Origin: an uncultured Clostridium sp.
Lineage (GTDB): Bacteria > Bacillota > Clostridia > Christensenellales > CAG-138
DNA: 64,000 nt
Assembly: GCA_964392455.1 (NCBI GenBank)
Contig: CAYMPG010000009.1
Location: 6,896-70,895, forward strand
Direction of reading: 5' to 3'
Of this stretch, positions 56,815 through 64,000 are shown in pieces; position 1 is the first letter of the stretch; every line of letters begins with the position of its first letter. The notes beneath the pieces are model-generated. The model was given only the letters and a program-made list of their open reading frames with translations. It searched no databases and was not told the origin of the DNA. Both the position numbers and the translations under genes were made by a program.

Positions 56815-56839
56815 GCGGCAGGCCTTTATGGCCTGCCGC
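56815..56839. terminator. Hairpin between convergent glmM and the Cys/Gly/Asn microprotein gene
   Basis: GCGGCAGGCC-tttat-GGCCTGCCGC. A T-rich flank is present only in the minus-strand direction (TTTATTTTA). Confidence 0.55.
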
Positions 56840-56872
56840 ACGTTTATGTGAGGATAGCTCTGAGCGGGGGTA

Positions 56873-57118
56873 TCAGTTGCAGCCGCAGCCACAGCCGCTG
56901 TTGTTATTGTTGCCGCAGCCACAGCCAAAGTTATCGCAGCCGCAGTTGTTGTTCCAGCCGCCGCCGATGATGAGCAGCAGTATGATGACCCACCACATAT
57001 TGTCGCCGCCGCAGTTATTATCGCAGCCACAGCCGCAGCCGTTGTTGCCCCAGCCGCCGATGATGAGCAGCAGGATGATGATCCACCACCAGTTATTTCC
57101 ATTCCAGTTGTTCCACAT
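56873..57118 (-). CDS. 81-aa tandem-repeat Trp/Asn/Cys-Gly-rich two-helix membrane microprotein, hypothetical
   Basis: AAGGAGG lies 8 nt upstream of the ATG. The sequence is MWNNWNGNNWWWIIILLLIIGGWGNNGCGCGCDNNCGGD / NMWWVIILLLIIGGGWNNNCGCDNFGCGCGNNNNSGCGCGCN, i.e. two copies of W-rich, then I/L helix, then (GC)n. Confidence 0.6.
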   Translation of the reverse strand: MWNNWNGNNWWWIIILLLIIGGWGNNGCGCGCDNNCGGDNMWWVIILLLIIGGGWNNNCGCDNFGCGCGNNNNSGCGCGCN

Positions 57119-57300
57119 ACTTTTCAGTGCCTCCTTAATTTATAAGCGCCATGCGCTTTTCTACGATATAGTACGCAAAAGGGCGGATTTGTGTGCATGG
57201 AGGGAGGGGAAAGGAAAGTATTGAAGTAAAAGGGCAGTCGTGGTATTATTAAGCTTACGAATGTGTAAAATTCGGCGCAATAAAAAGGAGAATACGCAGC

Positions 57301-58692
57301 ATGAAAGAATTCAGCATGGATAAGATCGTAGCCCTTTGCAACAACAGAGGCTTTATTTTCCCCGGCTCGGATATTTATGGCGGCCTTGCCAATACCTGGG
57401 ATTATGGCCCTCTCGGCGTGGAGTTCAAAAACAACGTGAAAAAAGCCTGGTGGCGTAAGTTCGTTCAGGAAAGCCCATACAATGTGGGTATGGATTGCGC
57501 CATACTTATGAACCCCGAGACCTGGGTAGCCTCCGGCCACGTGGTAAACTTTAATGACCCCCTTATGGACTGCAAGGCCTGCAAGGCCCGTTTCCGTGCT
57601 GATAAGCTGATAGAGGATTATGCCGCTGAAAACGGCCTTACCGACGTGCATCCGGATGGCTGGAGCCATGAGGAGATGGCGGCTTATATTGCTGAAAAGG
57701 GCATCAAGTGCCCCGAGTGCGGCAAGAATGATTTTACCGGCATACGCAAATTCAATATGATGTTTAAGACCTTCCAGGGGGTCAATGAAAGCACTGCAAA
57801 TGAAATATACCTCCGCCCCGAGACGGCCCAGGGTATATTTGTAAACTTCAAAAATGTGCAGCGCTCTACCCGCAAAAAGCTGCCCTTCGGCATTGCTCAG
57901 ATAGGTAAATCCTTCCGCAATGAAATTACCCCCGGCAACTTTACCTTCCGCACCCGTGAATTTGAGCAGATGGAGCTTGAGTTCTTCTGCGAGCCCGGCA
58001 CCGAGCTTGAGTGGTATGCCTACTGGAAGGATTACTGCCATAAGTTCCTGCTTTCCCTCGGTATGCAGGATGACCATCTGCGCCTGCGTGAGCACTCCAA
58101 GGAGGAGCTGTGCCACTATTCCAATGGCACTACTGACTTTGAGTATCTCTTCCCCTTTGGCTGGGGCGAGCTCTGGGGCGTAGCCAGCCGTACCGACTAT
58201 GACCTGAAGGCCCATCAGGAACATTCCGGCAAGACCATGGAGTATATGGATCCCTTTACCAATGAGAGATTCATACCCTACTGCATAGAGCCCTCACTGG
58301 GCGCTGACCGTGTGGCCCTTGCATTCCTTTGCGATGCTTACGATGAGGAAACTCTGGAAAACGGCGATGTGCGTAACGTGCTGCATCTGCATCCCGCCCT
58401 TGCTCCCTTCAAGGCGGCCGTGCTGCCCCTGCAGAAGAACAAGCTGGGTGACAAGGCCCGTGAGGTCTACGAGATGCTGGCAAAGCGCTTTATGGTGGAT
58501 TACGATGAGACCGGCGCCATCGGCAAGCGCTATCGCAGGGAGGATGAGATAGGCACTCCTCTGTGCATCACGGTGGACTTTGATACCCTTGAGGATGAAA
58601 CCGTTACCGTGCGTGACAGGGATACCATGGAGCAGATTCGCCTGCCCATAGCAGAGCTTGTGAATTACATTCAGGATAAGACTGATTTCTAA
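57301..58692 (+). CDS. glyQS: Glycine-tRNA ligase (alpha2 type)
   Basis: [35 protein letters not shown], and the class II motifs [21 protein letters not shown] and EPSLGADR. Confidence 0.97.
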   Translation: MKEFSMDKIVALCNNRGFIFPGSDIYGGLANTWDYGPLGVEFKNNVKKAWWRKFVQESPYNVGMDCAILMNPETWVASGHVVNFNDPLMDCKACKARFRADKLIEDYAAENGLTDVHPDGWSHEEMAAYIAEKGIKCPECGKNDFTGIRKFNMMFKTFQGVNESTANEIYLRPETAQGIFVNFKNVQRSTRKKLPFGIAQIGKSFRNEITPGNFTFRTREFEQMELEFFCEPGTELEWYAYWKDYCHKFLLSLGMQDDHLRLREHSKEELCHYSNGTTDFEYLFPFGWGELWGVASRTDYDLKAHQEHSGKTMEYMDPFTNERFIPYCIEPSLGADRVALAFLCDAYDEETLENGDVRNVLHLHPALAPFKAAVLPLQKNKLGDKAREVYEMLAKRFMVDYDETGAIGKRYRREDEIGTPLCITVDFDTLEDETVTVRDRDTMEQIRLPIAELVNYIQDKTDF

Positions 58693-58713
58693 TTCAAAAC
58701 ACAAATGCATAAT

Positions 58714-58741
58714 AAAAAGCTCCTTTACAGGAGCTTTTTGT
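58714..58741. terminator. Bidirectional intrinsic terminator (glyQS / GIY-YIG gene)
   Basis: AAAAAGCTCCT-ttac-AGGAGCTTTTTG. The stop codon of the minus-strand gene lies in the loop. Confidence 0.85.
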
Positions 58742-58988
58742 TTTCTTTAGAGGCGGCAATGAGGGCCAGCTTTTCCGAGCGGGTGAGCCGCTTTATTTCC
58801 GCTTCCCGGTGCAGAGCTTCGCCCTTGGTATCAAAGGCCTCTGTGTAAACAAGCCTCACCGGCAGGCGGGAGCGGGTATACTTTGCGCCCTTGCCGCTGT
58901 TGTGTACGGCTTCCCGGCGGGCGGGGTCGCTGGCGTAGCCTGTGTACAGGGTGCCATCGCCGCAGCAAAGCATATATGTATAGTACAT
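58725..58988 (-). CDS. GIY-YIG nuclease family protein (UPF0213 type)
   Basis: [21 protein letters not shown]...R...HN.G.GAKYTR...PV.LVY.E.F....EAL..E..IK.L.R..K pattern. Confidence 0.88.
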   Translation of the reverse strand: MYYTYMLCCGDGTLYTGYASDPARREAVHNSGKGAKYTRSRLPVRLVYTEAFDTKGEALHREAEIKRLTRSEKLALIAASKENKKLL

Positions 58989-59608
58989 CAGTATCCCAGT
59001 TCCTCATCCACCAGCAGCAGATGCAGCTCATCCACAAGGCCGGGCTTGGATTCGATTATGGTGGTGATATTGCACATACGGCCGGGCGCATAGCAATCCG
59101 TGCAGCGGCCTGTGGCAGTGCATGGGGTGGCCAGGCCGAGACGCTTGCCGTTTGCAGGACAGGCTGTGCCCTTTATGCGCTCAAGGGCCTGCTCAAGGTT
59201 TTCAGCAAATTTGTTTTTGCCGATTATGAGCAATACCTTTTTGGGGCCCATGAACATCCCTGCCACACGGTTGCCATTGCCGTCGATATTTACGAGCTTT
59301 GCATTGCGGGTGATGGCATTGGTGGAGCAGAGATACCAGTCGGCAGCGGCTGCCAGGGGAAATACACTGCGGCGCTCCTGGGGGGCGTGCTCCCAGTGAA
59401 AGTATACGGTGCAGCCCTGTTCCCTGAGGCTGTCAGGAAGCCCAAGGGACTGCACTGTAACGGAGCCGCCGCAGCCCACTGAGCCTGTGCCTATAAGTGA
59501 AAGGGCAATGGACTTGGCTTCGGCAGCATCCTTTGCTGAGTGTACGATAAAATTGCGCTTTTCAAGATTTGATACGAATTGGCTGTAGTTTTCGCAGAAC
59601 ATAGACAT
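58988..59608 (-). CDS. LUD (lactate utilisation protein B/C-like, DUF162) domain protein
   Basis: 206 aa. Contains [43 protein letters not shown] and a Cys-rich C-terminal part (CPANGK...[10 protein letters not shown]). Confidence 0.7.
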   Translation of the reverse strand: MSMFCENYSQFVSNLEKRNFIVHSAKDAAEAKSIALSLIGTGSVGCGGSVTVQSLGLPDSLREQGCTVYFHWEHAPQERRSVFPLAAAADWYLCSTNAITRNAKLVNIDGNGNRVAGMFMGPKKVLLIIGKNKFAENLEQALERIKGTACPANGKRLGLATPCTATGRCTDCYAPGRMCNITTIIESKPGLVDELHLLLVDEELGY

Positions 59609-59732
59609 ACCTCTGACGTAATGTATTATTTGATTTCATTCTACCCGATAATTGCCGTGCTTGCAATTTGTTTCGGTATAAAGTATTATTCTAAGGATAA
59701 CATATTAAAATCTATCCCCGGAGGAAATAAGA

Positions 59733-61534
<1,802 letters not shown>

Positions 61535-61535
61535 T

Positions 61536-62678
61536 ATGGCAGGTATATATCTGCATGTGCCCTTCTGCATAAAAAAATGCGACTACTGCGACTTTGTCTC
61601 CTTCCCGGAAAACGGCATGGCCCCTGGGTATTTTGATGCCCTCAGGCGGGAGATTGACCTTTGTGCAGAGGAAAACAGCGGCAAAAAGTTTAATACCGTA
61701 TTCTTTGGAGGCGGCACCCCATCTCTGCTGCCTCCATATTATATTGCCCGCACCATGGAGCAGATAATGGCTGCCTTTGATGTGACCATCCGGGAGGCTA
61801 CCATAGAATGTAACCCGGGCACTGTTGATAGAAAAAAGCTGGCAGAGTATAAGCAGGCAGGATTCAACCGGCTCTCGATAGGCGTTCAGAGCTTTGATGA
61901 TGGACTGCTCAAAGGAATAGGCCGCATACATACGGCGGCTGAGGCAAGGGCGGCTGTGGAGGCAGCAAGGGCCGCAGGCTTTGATAATATAAATATAGAC
62001 CTTATGTACGGCCTGCCCGGGCAGACTGTGGAAAAATACACCGCATCCATAGAATGGGCGGCGGAGCTTGGGGTAGAGCATATTTCTGCCTATTCGCTGA
62101 TACTTGAAGAAGGCACACGGCTGTTTGACAGGGTGAACAGGGGAGAGACAGCGCTGCCCGATGAAGACCTTGCATACGATATGCACCGCACAGGCATGGA
62201 GGTACTTAGCAAGCTTGGCTACAGCCGCTATGAAATAAGCAACTATGCAAAGCCCGGCAGGGAATGTATACACAACCTGAACTACTGGAATGTGGGGGAA
62301 TACCTTGGCCTTGGGCTTAATGCAAGCTCGGCGCTGAGAAGGGGAAATACCCTGGTGCGCTTTCATAATGCCGAGAGCATGGGAGAATACCTTGCAGATA
62401 TAGAAAACGGCAGACTCCCACGGAGGGAAACCGAAGCAATTTCAGAGCGGGAGGAAATGTTTGAATGGGCCATGCTGGGCCTGCGTAAAATAGAAGGGGT
62501 GGACAGGGCGGCATTTAAAAAAAGATTCGGCGTGGATTTTTCAGAAGCCTTTGCCGATGCCGTGGCTGCCCTTGAAAAAGCAGCGTGGCTGGAGCAGGAC
62601 GCAGGCTATGTGCGCCTTACGGATAGGGGGCTGGATATGCAGAATACTGCCCTTATGGAGTTTATGGAGCAGGAATAA
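61536..62678 (+). CDS. hemW: Radical SAM heme chaperone HemW
   Basis: YLHVPFCIKKCDYCDF (CxxxCxxC), GGGTPS, and a HemN-C-like tail. Confidence 0.93.
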   Translation: MAGIYLHVPFCIKKCDYCDFVSFPENGMAPGYFDALRREIDLCAEENSGKKFNTVFFGGGTPSLLPPYYIARTMEQIMAAFDVTIREATIECNPGTVDRKKLAEYKQAGFNRLSIGVQSFDDGLLKGIGRIHTAAEARAAVEAARAAGFDNINIDLMYGLPGQTVEKYTASIEWAAELGVEHISAYSLILEEGTRLFDRVNRGETALPDEDLAYDMHRTGMEVLSKLGYSRYEISNYAKPGRECIHNLNYWNVGEYLGLGLNASSALRRGNTLVRFHNAESMGEYLADIENGRLPRRETEAISEREEMFEWAMLGLRKIEGVDRAAFKKRFGVDFSEAFADAVAALEKAAWLEQDAGYVRLTDRGLDMQNTALMEFMEQE

Positions 62679-62732
62679 CAGTTTTATCAATATGATTTTT
62701 CTGTTTTGTCACAATGTAGGCCGCCGTCCCGC

Positions 62733-62761
62733 TTGAAAGAAAAGTGGGGTGGTGTTATTAT
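62733..62761 (+). promoter_or_regulatory. Sigma-A promoter of the hrcA-grpE operon
   Basis: TTGAAA (62733..62738), a 17-nt spacer, TATTAT (62756..62761). Confidence 0.6.
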
Positions 62762-62772
62762 ATTAGCGATGG

Positions 62773-62799
62773 TTAGCACTCAAGCGAATTGAGTGCTAA
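62773..62799 (+). promoter_or_regulatory. CIRCE operator (HrcA binding site)
   Basis: Perfect consensus TTAGCACTC-N9-GAGTGCTAA, located between the promoter and the hrcA RBS. Confidence 0.95.
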
Positions 62800-62823
62800 C
62801 AAAACAGAAAGGAGGCAGCGGGA

Positions 62824-63861
62824 ATGGAGCTGGATATGCGAAAGATGCGTATTCTGCAGGCTATAATTGATGACTATATCCTTACAGCCACGCCTGTCGG
62901 TTCCCGTACAATATCCAAAAACCCGGATATACCCCTTTCATCTGCCACAATACGAAACGTCATGTCTGACCTGGAGGATATGGGCTATCTGGAGCAGCCC
63001 CATACCTCAGCAGGGCGCATCCCCTCAGAAAAGGCATACCGCCTGTATGTAAACAGCATCATGCAGCGTGCCATGCTCACCCCGGGCGAACAGCGCTTCA
63101 TACAGGAATGTTACTCAAACACCATAAATCAGGTGGATGACATCGTCCGCCAGACTGCCTGGGTGCTTTCCAATATGACCCGCTACACCTCGCTGGTGCT
63201 TACCCCCCAGATGAATACTGCAAGGATAAAGCACATACAGCTTGTGCCTGTGGCCGAGGGCAAGGCGCTTATGATAATAGTGACAGACGCAGGCATCACC
63301 CGGGATTACATGATAAGCGTGCCCGAGGATATGACCTATGAGCAGCTTGAGAGAATATCGCGCATACTTACAGGCCGCCTGAAAAACCGCCGGCTGGACA
63401 GGGTGAATGGCGATGAGATACCTGAGCTGTTTACAGAGCTCAAGGCCCACAGGGAGTTTCTCGACGGGGTGCTGAGCCACATGGGCACCGGTGCAGATAA
63501 TGGCGCAAAGCTGGAGCTTTCCGGGGCCACAAATATGCTGAACTATCCCGAATACAGCGATGTGGAGCGGGCCCGCAGCTTCTTCAGCATGATAGAATCG
63601 CGGGATATGCTCACAAAGCTGCTTACGGATGCCACAAAGGTGGAGTTTTCCATCACCATCGGCAGCGAAAACCCATCCGATGAGCTTAAGGATTGCAGCA
63701 TTGTTACCGCCACATATAAGGTTGGAGGCAATCCGCTGGGCTCACTTGGGGTGATAGGCCCCACGAGAATGAATTATTCCAGGGTGCTTGCGGTGCTTAA
63801 GCATCTGGGCGGCAGCCTTGGAAATGTACTGACAAATATGTTTGAAGAGGAGCGACGTTAA
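62824..63861 (+). CDS. hrcA: Heat-inducible transcription repressor HrcA
   Basis: RKMRILQAIIDDYILTATPVGSRTI and GYLEQPHTSAGRIPS motifs. Confidence 0.96.
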   Translation: MELDMRKMRILQAIIDDYILTATPVGSRTISKNPDIPLSSATIRNVMSDLEDMGYLEQPHTSAGRIPSEKAYRLYVNSIMQRAMLTPGEQRFIQECYSNTINQVDDIVRQTAWVLSNMTRYTSLVLTPQMNTARIKHIQLVPVAEGKALMIIVTDAGITRDYMISVPEDMTYEQLERISRILTGRLKNRRLDRVNGDEIPELFTELKAHREFLDGVLSHMGTGADNGAKLELSGATNMLNYPEYSDVERARSFFSMIESRDMLTKLLTDATKVEFSITIGSENPSDELKDCSIVTATYKVGGNPLGSLGVIGPTRMNYSRVLAVLKHLGGSLGNVLTNMFEEERR

Positions 63862-63862
63862 A

Positions 63863-64000
63863 TTGGCTAAGGAACCTGAAACCATAAAGGATACAGAGGC
63901 TCAGGAGCTGCCGGTGCAGGAGACTGCCCCAGCGGAGAGCGTATCCCTTACCGAGGACGAATTCAAGCAGGTGAAGGAGCACATAGAAAAGCTTGAGGCA
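63863..64000 (+). CDS. grpE: Nucleotide exchange factor GrpE, N-terminal part (runs off the window end)
   Basis: TTG start 8 nt after GAGGAG. My translation is MAKEPETIKDTEAQELPVQETAPAESVSLTEDEFKQVKEHIEKLEA, an acidic N-terminus entering the coiled coil. Its position after hrcA supports the call. Confidence 0.7.
   Translation, partial: MAKEPETIKDTEAQELPVQETAPAESVSLTEDEFKQVKEHIEKLEA

Noticed and set aside
56873-57118. Idea that the (Gly-Cys)n microprotein is a RiPP precursor of the thiazole/oxazole (heterocycloanthracin-like) type.
   Set aside because: No YcaO/cyclodehydratase, dehydrogenase, protease or ABC exporter gene is anywhere near; the neighbours are glmM and glyQS. The peptide has two strongly hydrophobic helices rather than a leader/core layout. 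The idea cannot be excluded genome-wide, but it is unsupported here.
56800-57224. Two further ORFs over the Cys/Gly/Asn gene: a + strand QPQPQPLLLLLPQPQP... ORF (56877..57224) and a minus-strand Ala/Thr-rich ORF (56800..57102).
   Set aside because: They are alternative readings of the same GCNGCA-periodic repeat. Neither has a Shine-Dalgarno sequence, and the + strand ORF would run into the glyQS promoter region. Only the 56873..57118 frame has AAGGAGG at the proper spacing.
57119-57300. Expected glycine T-box riboswitch upstream of glyQS.
   Set aside because: The interval is only 182 nt and is shared with the divergent microprotein promoter and RBS. I found no T-box conserved sequence, no specifier-loop/AGAGA-type elements and no terminator hairpin with a U-run before the glyQS RBS.

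Overview
The window is about 57% GC and looks like the chromosome of a spore-forming Clostridia member, possibly Oscillospiraceae/Ruminococcaceae; that placement is an inference from composition and gene content. Most genes sit on the + strand. Most of the window is conserved housekeeping synteny, and the blocks match Bacillus/Clostridium-type arrangements:
- nifS-thiI
- recX ... acpS-nnrD
- rsmD-coaD with ylbJ/tmcAL opposite
- pta-ackA
- yceD-rpmF ... plsX-acpP-rnc-smc-ftsY ... ylxM-ffh-rpsP-KH-rimM-trmD-rplS-rbgA-rnhB-yraN
- comM-dprA-topA-trmFO ... hslVU
- trmL, rplM-rpsI, glmM, glyQS
- lepA-hemW-hrcA(CIRCE)-grpE

I found no rRNA, tRNA, CRISPR array, transposase, integrase, phage module or recognisable defence system. 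I cannot honestly point to a multi-gene novel system here.

The parts that deserve a second look are isolated accessory insertions:
1. An 81-aa tandem-repeat Trp/Asn/Cys-Gly membrane microprotein (56873..57118, minus strand), encoded by DNA that is open in several frames.
2. An 880-aa vWA/isopeptide-domain surface adhesin with a non-LPXTG (PPKSG) sorting signal and a roughly 1-kb low-GC cassette inside the gene.
3. A 1234-aa protein fusing two GT-C glycosyltransferase modules with two putative carbohydrate-binding modules, followed by GtrA.
4. A nucleotidyltransferase fused to a phosphohexomutase-like domain whose catalytic loop is degenerate.
5. A decayed sigma-factor fragment plus about 460 bp of non-coding DNA in the rpmF-plsX gap.
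6. A terminator-type leader in front of a MATE efflux gene.

All functional calls come from reading the translated ORFs and motifs by eye; no database search was run.
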